Part shown: positions 10,790-23,411 of the stretch, piece after piece
How the letters are laid out: every line of letters begins with the position of its first letter
Numbering within the stretch: position 1 is the stretch's first letter
Origin: Plasmodiophora brassicae
Lineage: Eukaryota
DNA length: 64,000 nucleotides
Reading direction: 5' to 3'
NCBI GenBank assembly: GCA_036867785.1
Contig: CP145410.1
Location: forward strand, 1,178,001-1,242,000
Notes under the pieces: model-generated
What the model saw: only the letters and a program-made list of their open reading frames with translations
Databases searched by the model: none
What the model was told of the DNA's origin: nothing
Made by a program: the position numbers and the translations under genes

Positions 10790-13700
10790 TTAATCAGCAC
10801 TCCAGGCCGAGGAAGCAGCGTCCGATCGTCCTGATGGCGATTCGCTGATTCGCCTACGGCTCTGCATGGCGGCGCCAATAACTTGTTCAAGCGAGGGTTC
10901 GTCCAATGATGGCACACATGTCGATGTTTGTACACGAACCTCATCTCGTGGCCGTCCCCGCCGGGCCTGCTCCATCCGCACCAGCATCGAGACGGATCCA
11001 GCAAACTCCTCGCTAAAGTCCTTGAAGAGCTTGAAGAGCTTGCTGATGACGTCCGAAAGCTGGGAGACCTTCTCGGAGGCTGCAGACGATACCACTGCCG
11101 GAGAACGCAAGCTTTGCTCATCCCACTCCAGGACAGTCACCCATTCGCAGAGAAGCCGCCGAGCAACCTTAATGCCCTCTTCCCTCTTATATCGTGCATC
11201 AGATGATGTAGGGTCATCTTCATGCGTTCGTCGAGCCATGGCAGCTGCAGAGAGCGCTGCAAACACCTCGTCAACCTTCCTGGTGTCCCACATGCGCCGT
11301 GCATTGTCCTCTTGTTGTTTCTTGTTCGACTGGGCCGCTTGCGATGCTGGAGAGAGTTCAGCGAACATGGATACTGCCGAGTCAAGGGTCAAGCCGAAGT
11401 ACGCAAGTAGACGCATTGCTTCGTCCTCGAGTGACGAGAATCTGGACCGAAGGCTTTCCGCATCTTCCAGTGCCGACTTGAACGAATCGCTCAGGGCATG
11501 GATTGAGTCGCCTTGCGGGAGTTTTGCTGCAATCGCCAGAGAAGCTCCAGACTGACGTTCGAGAGCACTGGTCAAATCGGCAATCTTTTGATGGATTGCC
11601 GCCAGCTCTGCGCGCTTGACGTTCACGAGATGAGGACCAATCTAAAAGGGAACGGTGACCAATGGTCAAAGGAATTTGATAACCGCAACGACAATGCTTG
11701 CATGTACCTGTTGGGGGAATTCCAGGGCTTGCGCCGCATTGCGAGATAACTGTTTCACAAGAAAATCAAGAAGGCTGGTGTGAGGGTTGTTGTTGCTAAG
11801 ATGAAAACATGTGTCAATCCTGCACATGAGCGCAGTGGTCAGCAAAACCGACCATTTCATCGAACGCAGTTTAGCAATAGCGTCCAGGCGGAACCCTTTA
11901 GCGCTACCACGGGCGCTGCCAAGATTCATCTGGTTGCCAATGAAGAGGATGGAACCAAATATACTTCGCAGGGACGTCGACTGCACTAGGAATTTCATCG
12001 CATTTGATAGTAATGCAATCTCCTCATACAGTGAAGATGACTCTTCCTCATACTCCCGAAGCGCCTTTAGAGAACGAAGCCGAGTTTCCCAAAAGGGAAC
12101 GGAGATCAGTCCCTGAACATGGAAATCAGGGACCATTTGTCACAAGTTTCATCACGTCACCTTGATGAACACAACTGGCGCTGTCGCGGTCGCGGTTGTG
12201 ATTTCACATTCAAGGCTGGATACAAATTCGATATCGCTCGGACGAGGTACTGTTTGCAACAGTAACCTCAACGTTGTCAAATCAAGGACCGTCTCATCCA
12301 GATCTCGAAGCGCTAGCACACGCCATCATACGTAAGTTCGGGTGAGCACGCCAAACCAAGACATGATCACACCTCGAATAACGTCGTCAACAGGAGGTAG
12401 CCTACATTCCCCTGTTAGCATTTGACGACCGTGCGGATATACATACTAACTTATGCAACACTATGTCAAGCCGTTGAGAAAATTGTGTGTCCGGTAGTTC
12501 TGCCTTTGCTGGTTGACTGGCAGATGGTGATACGATGGAAGGCCGCTGCCTAACTGATGCCTGTGCCAATGTTAGTCAGCAGGCAATGGCAATGACATAA
12601 GACTCTTACCTTGAGTTTGGGTTTCTTTGAAAAGTTTGCCTCGATGGTTTTCCGAGCGATAGAGACGCTGGAAAGCCGGTTCCAAATCACATTTGAAGAA
12701 GGCGTATCGGTTACCGGCAACTTATTCCAATAAAACGGACGACAGGCGACGGCACCAGGAGGCAACATTGGCCCAACGGATAGCACTCCACCGACGGGAG
12801 GAGGAACAGGAGGAGGCGGAGGAGCCGGCACAGAGGAGGGAGGCGGCGGTGGTGGTGGTGGAGCTGGCGGTGTCGGTGAAATCGTATCAACCTCGTCCGC
12901 AGGAGACGGTGTTACTGCAACTGTCTCCTGATCACTGATCGACACAGGTATTGCTTCTTTCCGGTCTTGCTTTGATACATCTTCTGCTGAGGAATCTCCA
13001 GATCCACGACGGGAGGTCTCTGAAGGCGATCGTTGTGCCGTAGTGATGAATTCTTGGATTTCTGCTCGTGATTCCTCTGTCATAAACTCAGAAATGCATT
13101 TCCTATGCGTCGGTACAGGCTGCAGACGTCGCTAAGCAATGGAACGTTGAGTACAGCGTAGCTTCCTAAACCTTGGTTGGCGATTTAAGTCGTGTCATAA
13201 AGGTTGGCTGAGCTCCGAAAGGATATGTAGGCTCCCGTTTCCTCCTCTGTGGACCATTAGATTACGCACAGAGCGGGTTAACGCGTCGCAAACAAACTTC
13301 TTCTTCGTAGTCTTTTGAAATCCCGAACTTGTCAGCTTCCGTTCGTGTGAAAATTGTCAGCTGCACAACATTATCGGACGTGTTCCCGATCAATTCCCCC
13401 ATCGTTGTAGAATCATCGAACGGAAAACAGGTTTGCCCGCTGAAGTGCACAATCAGTATGGGGGAGCACATATCAACACATGGTCTCGCAACAGCCACAC
13501 CGATATCGAATGATTAACGAGCTGGGATCTAGCGAAAGGTGCTCAGCAACGTTTTCTCTAATTTCGCCAATATCTAGCGAGGCTGGAATGGAGGAAAAGG
13601 CAACCTCGAAAACGTCTGCTCCAATCGGGACCAGAACGACCACCTGATACGTCATCGAAAACGACTATTCGAACTTGAGAACACACCGCCTGTGCACCGT

Positions 13701-14206
13701 TGTCGATGTTGCTTACCGAATTGGCAGATGCTGTCTCACGCTCTTCTGACGTGAGCGTAGCTGCCTTAACGGTCATCTGATTGATAACCTCTTCAAACGC
13801 CATCACGCTTTCAAGGAACTCGTCAGATGGCTCCTGGTTCAACGCGATCATTTCGTTAAGACGGTTGATTTGAACGAGCAAGATCTCGTATAGGCGTTCG
13901 CTCTCAGGTAGCTCCATCCCTATCATCGTCTTAATCTACTTGGAATGGTCAGAAGACATATTTCAAACCGCATTAGTATCCGGCTACCTGCTGCTTGAGG
14001 ACTCCGAGCCTCTCGGAGGTCGCCGCCGTTGCAGTTGAGTCGTGCGTCGCCGGATCTGCAACGAGGATTGGCCGAGGCTGGCGCGGTTCACAAGCCATGG
14101 CGTGCGTCTCCACGTCTTCGACGGGAACCTTCGTGCCACAGTTCTGGCATCGTGCAACGACCGGTGTTACCGACATCGACAGAGCGCTGTCATCGCCGCT
14201 GTTCAT
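10790..14206 (-). CDS. Formin (FH1-FH2) with a putative N-terminal Zn finger and ubiquitin-like segment, multi-exon
   Basis: Poly-Pro FH1 near 12800-12870; FH2 motifs RPFYWNKL and ILFIGNQMNLGSARGSAKGFRLDAIAKL. Linkage of exons 13100-14206 is inferred from splice sites. Confidence 0.8.
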
Positions 14207-14330
14207 ACTGAGACGCCCCGCCACGTCAGTCCCTTCATGTAAGAGCGGCTCAAGAAATCTGAGAATTCCCACCGTCACGTCGGCCCCGTCAACGACCCGA
14301 TTGGAAAATGATGTCACAGGCAGGCACAGC

Positions 14331-15004
14331 TATAGATCTGTTAGTTATTTTGGCGTTATATAACGGGCGTTATATAACGCGTTATATAACGTTATGTCAC
14401 AGAGGCGTTATATAACGCGTTATATTCCATTTATAATGAATAACAGTGTACCGGTCATGTTTCACACCCATCCTGATTCTACGACCACTTCCTCGGTATC
14501 AGAGTCGCTGTAGATCGATCGGTCGAGTTAGACCGTCCTAAGGATCCTCCAACGGCCGTATGAGTAGCGGCGTTCCTGGGAGTATTCGTAGCCGTGGCAG
14601 TTGACGATGTTGCCCCACCCGCTCGTAGGATCCCAATCGTTCGTGGAAGCCGAGTGCAGACACGCTGGTGAGACTGCAACCGAGTCAGATTCGCCGCCAC
14701 CGAGGCACTACAGTATTTGCAGGTAACCCGTTGGACTTTGCCAGAGCTATCGCAAGGTTCCGAGAAGTCATTCCACACTGCAGACTTACGCTTCCCCATC
14801 GTCGAGAATTGTGCTTCGAGATGTCAATGCGAGCCCGACGGATTTCCACGGCCACTCCGCGCAGTCCGGGCTGTCCGGGGGGCGGGGCGGTCTCCAAGAG
14901 TCTCCAAAAAGGGCGTTATATAACCGTTATATAACCGTTATATAACGTTACATAACGTTATATAACGCCCACCCTCCCGCCAAGCGTTATATAACAGATC
15001 TATA
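14331..15004 (-). mobile_element. Non-autonomous hAT-type DNA transposon (674 bp)
   Basis: 13-bp perfect TIRs TATAGATCTGTTA / TAACAGATCTATA; 8-bp TSD GGCACAGC at 14323-14330 and 15005-15012; subterminal GTTATATAAC arrays; internal BED-finger ORF. Confidence 0.93.
14479..14799 (-). pseudogene. Truncated hAT transposase N-terminus (BED zinc finger only)
   Basis: KSAVWNDF...VTCKYCSASVAANLTRLQSHQRVC fits the BED pattern; no DDE domain follows. Confidence 0.8.
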
Positions 15005-15120
15005 GGCACAGCTCGACATGTGGACAGCCAAAGAACGTCAACGGCAATATCTGCTGATGGCTTTTGCGTTCCGATTTTCCGGAACAAAAATAGGTCATCC
15101 AAACGTCTGGACCCGCTTTA

Positions 15121-17143
15121 CTACTCCGATTCCAGCCAGTGCTTGTTCATAACACGCACGATGAACTGGGCCTGAGGCGTGTCTGTGTTGTTCTTCAGCA
15201 TGTTGATGATTTCGGACAGCACAGATCGTTTCTCTTTCCCGGCGGCGACCATCTGCAGAACGCCACAACAGGCGCCGCGCTTGCCTTCCCAGTACTCAGG
15301 AATTGGGTCGAGTCGCCAAAGAACATCGAAGGCTTTGGCAGCGTAATAGAACGCTCCTACGCGATAGCAGTCGTTGGCGATAAGGAGTAGCAGGTTGAAC
15401 GAATCCGTGCTGGTCTCCATGTCCAGGTACATGTCCCATGCCTGGCGAGCCTGACCAAGGAAGATGTGGACCCGAGCAGACCATGCAATAAACTCATACT
15501 GCTTGTGTCGCGCCTGAGATTCGATATTAGCCCCGACCCAATTCTGTCTCCAGTTACTGTACCAGGTTCTGGATACTTGCAAACGCTTGCCCTGCCTCCG
15601 CAAAGCGACCAACATTGGCAAGGGCGACGCCATAATTCCAGTGGAACCTATAAATATACGGTTACGTCGACCGAACGTACTCCTATACACTGGGGTACCT
15701 GTCATCGTTAACGGAATACGCCTGGATACTAGACAGGTAAATGAGAACGTCTTCGAATTGCTGCAGGAGGAAGAAGCAGGATGCCATTGCTTGTCTTCCA
15801 GGGATGGTGTCGCATTCAGAAGAAGATGACCCAATTAACTGGAAATACTGCTGAGCAAGGTGTAAATCCTCGGTGGATTGGTTTGCCTGCCCATAGGCAG
15901 CGTGGGTAACGCCTTTGAGAATATACCTTAAAATACACGAATAAGAACGCAATGGTGCAGTGAAATCCAAGGGCTACTCTTGAGGCGTTTGGGGCGGTAC
16001 GTCTTTCATCAGCTTGTACGCCTCCTTTAGATCGCCAACTTTCAGGTAATGAATGCACAGGTTGAGGCGGGCCTCCGGGACGATATCTACTAGAGGCGGC
16101 AGCACCTTCAAGGCGTTCTCCCCGTTACGGAACACGACTAAATTGTGGTTGATGAGGGTGTCGGCATTGGTCATCGATCCCGTTGTTGTTTTGAGTTGCG
16201 ACTTCTCGATGTACGCTTGAAGCTGTTGCTCGGCAGCTTTCCCGTCGTACAATTTGAAGTGGCAACAGGCTTTCAAACTGAGCGCGATCGCTGAATCCGG
16301 ATTGACAGCCAAGTACGGGTTCAGGATCTCGAGGGCAACCTGGGGTAGTTCCAGGCATCAGACAGCGTCGGGCATGGCAAGCGCACCGTGTGACTTACGT
16401 CATAGTAATCGAGTTTGTAATAGCAGACTGCTATGTACACTTGCAAGGCAAGATATTCGCGATGCTCAAGTAGGAGTCGTTTGTAGATTTCAGTCGCCTC
16501 CTGAAAGTGGCTCCGTAGAAAGTGAATCGCTGCCAGCCCCAGCTGGTCCTCCACCGAATCTTCGAACAGGGTAATGTCATATGTTGATCGCCGAGCGGGA
16601 ACACATGGGGAGCGATACCTGTGAGCTTTACGAGATATTTCGCCAACATCTCTTCGTTCCCCAACCGATGAGCGCAATGAAACATAATCCGATTCTTCAG
16701 GCCACATTCAGGACCGGCCTGCGCTTCTTCGATGGCGCGGCTGAAGCTGCTAAGAAAAAATAGGCAGGCTGCAGCATGTAAATGAAGAGCTGGATCGTCC
16801 TTGCCCGATTTCATGATCGAATCCATTACTTGCAACGACTAACGCGAAGCACAACGACTCCTTCAACCAACCGCCGGCATTCAACAATCGCGCGCAGCAC
16901 CTTCGCGAAATCATGCTGATGGAAGTACGTGTACGCTAGCCATGCCCGCTTATCGTGCTCGCTTTGGATCCCGGGCTCGCTGGAGCCCGACTGCATCAGG
17001 AACTCCAGCAGGGCACTCGCCCCAGCGAAATCCCGGGACTGCAGGAACGAATCCAGCGTTGGCCGCTTCTCCCGCTGCTTCGTCCCTGCATCGCCGGACC
17101 TGCCGCCCAGCGGTGACGTCGGCTTGGCCCGCCCTAGCAGCAT
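15121..17143 (-). CDS. TTC26: Intraflagellar transport protein 56 (TTC26/DYF-13), multi-exon
   Basis: MLLGRAKP...[72 protein letters not shown]. Confidence 0.95.
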
Positions 17144-17340
17144 CGCAAGTCGTCACCGCTACAGCTCTGTGACCCTGCACGGGTTCGCCGTCATACGAGA
17201 GACAGGCTGCGCCTGCAGCTGCAGCCGTCGCGGCAATCGCTGCATGAGCCTCAAACAAGCCTGCAACGGAGACTGGATCAAAACGTGTTCGTGACGGGCC
17301 ATGTGGCCCGCGAGCAATCATTGCGCTGGCGGCCGGGCGC

Positions 17341-18716
17341 ATGCCGCTCGGGCATGGAGACGTATCGGCGCTGTTCGTGTACGCGGCCGACCATCTGTCC
17401 CGTCTGCAGATCATCCTGCCATCCGGTCAGCTTGGGCTGGGGCCGGCGAAGTACGGGTTCCTGGTGGGAGGCGGCCTGATGTGCTCCAGTGTGGCCAGCG
17501 CTGTGGGGACCACCGCCGTTGCTCGGCGTCCGCGACGTCGAATGATGGTGATCGCCGCCATTTCGACGCTATCGCCCATCGCGCTGGCTGTCGGTGCAGC
17601 GTCTGCCGGTCCGCATCTTGCCTTCCTCGTGTCGTTCTGGTGTCTCGCCGCTGTTGCCACCGCTGGGTTGCGGGTGGTGTACACTCAGCTCGTCCAAGCG
17701 TATTCCCGAGATGATGACGGTCTTGAATTTCCATTCACGTGCCGATCTCTCTGCTGTTCTATCGCCGAGCTTGTGTCCGTTCTTTGTTTGGCTTTCGCCA
17801 TTGCTATTGGGTCGACCGCGCCAATCGTCTCCGTAGTGGTGGCCTTAGCATTAGCTGGAATCGCCATCGGTGCTTCGCGCCATCTTCCGATACCAAATCA
17901 GTCGATCATCCAGGTCGATACGCTTGACGATGGCTATTTCGAGTTCGATAACACCGCTGCGTTCGTGTCCCCGGCAACGATCCCGCGCGACGTTGCCATC
18001 GTGTGGCGAACGCCAGCTTTCCTGTCTCTCGTTGTCATGTCCGTCGTGTCGACGACGATCCTGGAGGCAGTTCGCTATTGGTTGCCCATGTTTCTTGCCA
18101 ACGTGGGTGCTGTGTCGCCGCCCGTCGGCGCGCTTGCGTTTACTGTTATCCCAGTGGGATCAATCGGCGCATCTGCTCTTCTGGACCGGTTCACGCCCAC
18201 AAGTGAAACGCATCCCAATGCGTTTCTCCTTCTCAGTGCAATCCAGCTTGTTGCAGGCGTGATGCTGTTCGGCTTATCGTCGACAAAATCATCGGTAAGT
18301 GAACGTTTCGAAACAGTTTGACGAGATCATAGTAAATGGGGCACGTTGTTCAGGTCCCTTTGTCTCTGGTGGCAATCCTGGTTGGCCCCATTGTCGCTGC
18401 CGCTTCGGCATCGTACGCAATCCTAACTGACCTTGTTCAACATCGGGCAAGCACGTTGGACCCTCGCCTAGCTCGCCAGATCCAGGCGATTGTTCTGGGT
18501 GCAGGCGCTCTGGTTGCATCCATGACGTGCGTAATGATGGGTCAGCTGGCACAGCATGCCAGCTGGAGTGCGGCACTAGCGTTACTCTTGCTTGTGATCA
18601 CGGCTGGCTCGGTGGCCATCTTCAGCCAGGAACGCGGCATGCTCCGACCCCAGCCATGCCAGCGCGCAAACGACGCTCAATCAGAGTTGCTATGTGACCG
18701 AGAGCTGCCCCGATAA
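17341..18716 (+). CDS. MFS-like multi-pass membrane transporter
   Basis: About 10-12 hydrophobic segments in two halves; VRYWLPMFL motif; one intron near 18295-18353; start uncertain. Confidence 0.7.
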
Positions 18717-18797
18717 TATATATCTCAGATGTTCTATCCAATTCATGGTTAACGATACCGCAGGGCTCCAAGCTTAACTCGAAATGGGTGTATTCTA

Positions 18798-19724
18798 TCA
18801 CGTGCAAATTGTCGGCGACCTCTTGCACAGAGTCTTGACGACGTCGTACAGCTCAGCGACACCCGATTCGACGCATGGATTGTGCTCTTCGATCTTGGCG
18901 ATCAGCGTGTGTGACAGCAGCGCTTCTTCAGCGGGAGAAAGATGTGTGAACTCGCTCGCATGCGCCAAGATGTTCATCCCAAGGAGAGCCGTCATCGACG
19001 ATACCGCATCATCGTGAGTATGCAGACGTTCGCACAAGATGGGAATAATGTCGACCAACGCGGAACGCAGTGACGCCACGCCGGTGCTCGACTGGGAGAT
19101 GACAAGAAGACAGCGGAGGGCTTCGGCATGGACTTCATAGATCGGAGACGCAGCCATGGACAACAGCTTCTTCACAAGCGCTTCGGACACTTCGATCCCA
19201 TCGAGCATGGGACTATCAAGCACCGGTTTGCGAAGTGCATCCGAGTCACTGGACCCATCATGCGAAGCATCCAGATCCAGCGTCGGGACACAGGAAGACG
19301 ATGACAGCGACGACGGGGACGACGCGAACTTCAACTCGGGATCCGCGTCGCGAATCGCGTTAACTATGGACGAGGCAAATTCGCGAAACGTGGTCCTGTC
19401 GCCGGTGCGACGCTGGAACTCGACCAGGATCCAGTTCGATTCCGCAACGAAAACGTGCACAATCATGAACAGGTTCGGCGCATGAATCCAGACGCGCCAT
19501 TTCGAATTATCGATACGAATGTCGACGTCATGCGCTCCCGCAAGGGCCTGCTGTACGACAGACAGGACCTGCTGGCCGGGCAGCGTCGTGAAGCACGCCC
19601 ACGTCTTCTCATAGAACGCAGGGACGGGTGGCGGGCGATGGTCGATCGGGCAAGCGGGCGAATAGCTGCAGTACAGGCTCGCCGGGAAGCCCGATACGCT
19701 CGACGTCATGGTGCGAGACACCAT
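18798..19724 (-). CDS. Hypothetical protein with a KA1-like domain and ARM-like helices
   Basis: LVEFQRRTGDRTTFREFASSI resembles a KA1 domain end; followed by amphipathic helical repeats. Confidence 0.6.
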   Translation of the reverse strand: MVSRTMTSSVSGFPASLYCSYSPACPIDHRPPPVPAFYEKTWACFTTLPGQQVLSVVQQALAGAHDVDIRIDNSKWRVWIHAPNLFMIVHVFVAESNWILVEFQRRTGDRTTFREFASSIVNAIRDADPELKFASSPSSLSSSSCVPTLDLDASHDGSSDSDALRKPVLDSPMLDGIEVSEALVKKLLSMAASPIYEVHAEALRCLLVISQSSTGVASLRSALVDIIPILCERLHTHDDAVSSMTALLGMNILAHASEFTHLSPAEEALLSHTLIAKIEEHNPCVESGVAELYDVVKTLCKRSPTICT

Positions 19725-19934
19725 CACAACGATCGCCACATCAGCGACATCGCGGATTTACAACTGGCGCGCACAACACTCGTCGTCGCCCCGAGTCAAC
19801 TCACTCGGCGATGAATTTTGCGTCCGGCTGACTCCGTCAGAGGCCGCAGCCACAGTGCGTCACGCGTGACGGGGCCACTGCCGATGCCGGTCCATCGCAC
19901 CAAGAATAGAGCTGGACAAACAACTGAGGGCGGT

Positions 19935-22800
19935 CTATTTCCGTCGTTTCGATAAGCGAAGCGCGTTCGTGTCGGCTTGCTGTTTCTCCAGGAACGCACG
20001 AATCTCACGCTGCTTCGCCTTGGCCGCTTCTGCCTTGCGCTGGTTAACATTGCGTCGTTCTGCCTCGACAAATTGCGCATCACGTCGGAGCTCCCTCCGA
20101 GCACCCTGATCGAGATCAGCTCAACATCATCAACAGCAGTGCAGCAACATCAGTACCTTCTTTTCGCTCCTCATTTTCTTCAACAGGGCACGCCGTTCCC
20201 GTCTTTCTGGATCAGGGTCGCGGTCAACACCAGGAATAAAGTCGTCCTGGAAAACAGGATCCCGTTGACGAATCTGGCGATTGCTTTCAGCACATGAACA
20301 ATTAAAAAGACGCCACATTAATATACCATTGGAGGCGGCTTCGCGACACTCAAGGGTCGCCGTTTTCCGACAGCCTCCGTTATTCTCTGGCGCAGATCGT
20401 CCAGCAATTGTGCAGAGCACGCATCCTCCGCGGTCTCCAGGAATTCAACAAACGGGGCAAACAGCTTAAAAACGAGTTATGATTTGCCATTTCAAGATCA
20501 CGTTGAACTGCGCCTACCTCGGGGAACGAGGGCAGGTCGACATATAGGTCGGATGCACGTCTAACCAGCGACGCATACAATGGACGAGGAACAACCGACA
20601 TCTCCGAGTCGAAAAGATCGTTGATGGTCACGGGGCCAGACATGCTCTCAGGTCGTGACAGCCTCAAGCCGAGGTGGAGATGGGAAAGTAATTCCGCAAC
20701 GAAACGCTTCGATTGCGAAACGTATTGCAACAGCACTTCACACAGGAAAGCACTCCTCAAACCGTTATGCATGACGCGATCTGCGGCAACGGTGTAAACC
20801 GTGTAACTCACAATGCGATTCGCTGCAGACATACCTTGACGTTTCAATGATGAAAGGAAGTGGCACAGGACAAGCAGCAACGGCGTCATGCAGGAATGTG
20901 CAAAGTCCGACACAGAGAATATCTGGATAACCAGCTGCAACTCGACAAGGATTGGGACGGGCAGATCAGTACGTTGGTTGATACAGGACGTAATCGTCGG
21001 CAGTAACTACGTACAATTTGGTCAAAGACCACAAATGGAACAACGCGGAAATACGGCCACCTTTTTTAGGATGAGTTCGCACGCCCACCTCGGGAACTGA
21101 TTCGACATGGTGCTGATCGCTTTCACGAGGATATCTGACTGAACAACCGTTTCCCCGTTTGTCTTGTCTGCCCAAATGCGCCGAAAGTAAAGGAAGAGAA
21201 TACGAAGAAACTTCTGCAACTTAATGGAGTTGTCAGGATGAAGAGCCACGTGGGAGCACGCCCTGGTTGCTCATATTAGAATTACTTTGCAATTGCTTCC
21301 GTGATGACTAAACCTGATCCGTTCGATGGCAACGCCCAACTTAGTAGGCACGTCATCGGTCCCGAGAAGACCAATAAATTCTTGAAGCGTCTCCGGAACA
21401 GGAATGACGAATGGCAACTCGCCAGACGCGCAAACCGCTGCCGCATCTGAAGGAGCGACTGTATCACCGTCATCATCGTCCATTGGAACCTCTTCAACAC
21501 TGTCCTCCTCATCATCAGAGGTCTCTGAGAGTACGAACTCTGGGTCGATTTCACAGTTCGTATCCTCCAATCTTTCGCTTTCAATCGAACGAGATGAAGC
21601 CCCGCGAGGCACACCTTGCATCCGGGAGAGACGTTCCTACACAAAGATGTCAATTCACAACATATTCGTCAAACAAAGCACACGGTGTAACCTTCTCGAG
21701 TTCTTCGAGACGTTCTTTGGCCTTGAGTGCAGCTTCTTCCTCTGTAAGCTGACGATCGGACGCAGCTTGAGGTGCCTGGGAACATGCTTAGGAGCATTTA
21801 CGAAGCGAGATCTGCGCCAACAAACCTGGGTCGACAGTGCTCGAGCAATCTTTTCAAAATCATCCTCGTTGTTATCGTCACCATCACCTCCATCTTGTGC
21901 TCCTTTAGTGTAATCCATCTGCGCCCGCATTTCCGCCCACTCTTGGTCCAGGTTCGCAAGCAAAAGTTCGTCTTCTTCTTTCGCCACTGCGGCTTCAGCC
22001 CTGCATGCCAGTGAGCGTAATGCTGCAACACGTAACCACGACGGATACAAACTTGTATGCTTTAGACTTGGCAATCACTTCTTGTAGAATTTCGCGTCGA
22101 GTCCTTCCTTCACCGCGCGCCGCCTCTTCTTCCATCAGCTTGCGGTCCTGGAATCACCAACTGCAATCAGAATGGTTCGCCAGCGTCACAAATCAAATGC
22201 GACAGACAAGTTCGAACTGTTCTTGCTCATCTCGCGCTTTATCGACAGCCTCCTGCTGTTCATCTTGCAGGACGCTCGAAAGAGAAGCACCAAAGTGGGT
22301 TAACTCGGCGTCCTCCATCTCCGAGTCATCGTCCAGATTGAAATTCACCTTGGACTTAGACTTCGTGACAGCAGCCCGCTGCTTCTCGAAACGAAGCTGA
22401 TTCTTTTCTTCAGCGGTTAGGTTTGGGTTGTTCTGCCCGAACCGGTTGTCAACGAACCGATTATACTGATTCAGTTCATGTCTGAAAAGAGAGTCAACAC
22501 TAGAATGGGTCGACATGAACGCCATTCACACCGTTTGAATTCCGTCAAAAGCGACTGCTGGCGCTGAAGTATAGCACGGGTCTTCGCCTCTGTAACGTCA
22601 CGCTTTGCTCCTTTGATACGGCGCCCAAGGACCTGACGTTTCTAAATAACGTTCAACAGAAAGCGTTCCAGGCACTAGCATACCACATGGCGTTTCGGAG
22701 CGCAAGTCACACGAGCAAACGGATTTGGCGGGGCTGTCTTGGAGCGCTTAGCGCGATTCAGGACATTATCGACGGCCGACTTTGTTTTCAGCTTCCCCAT
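19935..22800 (-). CDS. NOP14: Nucleolar protein 14, multi-exon
   Basis: NPFARV, FVDNRFGQNNPNLTAEEKNQLRFEKQR, FNLDDD...LTHFGASL, ELPFVIPVP, FSVSDFAHSCMTP, DPDPERRE. Confidence 0.92.
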
Positions 22801-23411
22801 GAGTGACGCGCCTGATGGTGGGTGTCCCGGTCGTCTCGCGGTCCGTACGGAGTCCGCCGCGGACAACCTGTTTGCGTCTGCCTCCCACCGGAAAGTGATA
22901 GGTAAAGCACACGGACGTATCTACGGTAGCTACATAGGGAGGAAGTGTCAGCCCGATTCGTAACAGAGAAAGAATGTGACGCCGGGATAAGTAAGTGAAA
23001 GACTTTCTTGTCGGTAAGCATGTCCGACGACCTCGAAAATGAGGCCTAGGCGATAAGACCCGCATTTGGTTCTCCGACGGCGCAGGAGGGGCCACGACCT
23101 TTCTATCAGCGGAAGCGGGCGGGGACGCTGCGGCACAGGAATGGTCGTTTTGACTTTATCTCCAGACGAGAACGCCTCTTCACATACCTACCCCGACTTC
23201 ACAATATTACACTGCTCCAGCTGACATAAGTACCAGCGAATCGTAAGTGGATGGTACCGAATTCCCGACCATTCTTTCTCGGTCGATTCCAAGGAAGGAG
23301 TATTGTCCTTTCGGAGTGGGGGCCTGCCGGTCGTCAGGAAAGGGCATCGGACCATGCTGCCAGTTTACTCCGCTGCGACTTGCGAGATATTCTGCCGCGT
23401 TAAGCTCCTCG

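Noticed and set aside
14355-14995. Short palindromic repeats as a CRISPR array
   Set aside because: 10-bp units with no spacers or cas genes, in a eukaryotic context; explained as transposon subterminal repeats
22801-23411. Possible snRNA or small gene in the NOP14-VPS36 spacer (ACAGAGAA, several GTAAG motifs)
   Set aside because: No complete U6 or U1 motif set and no coherent spliced ORF could be built
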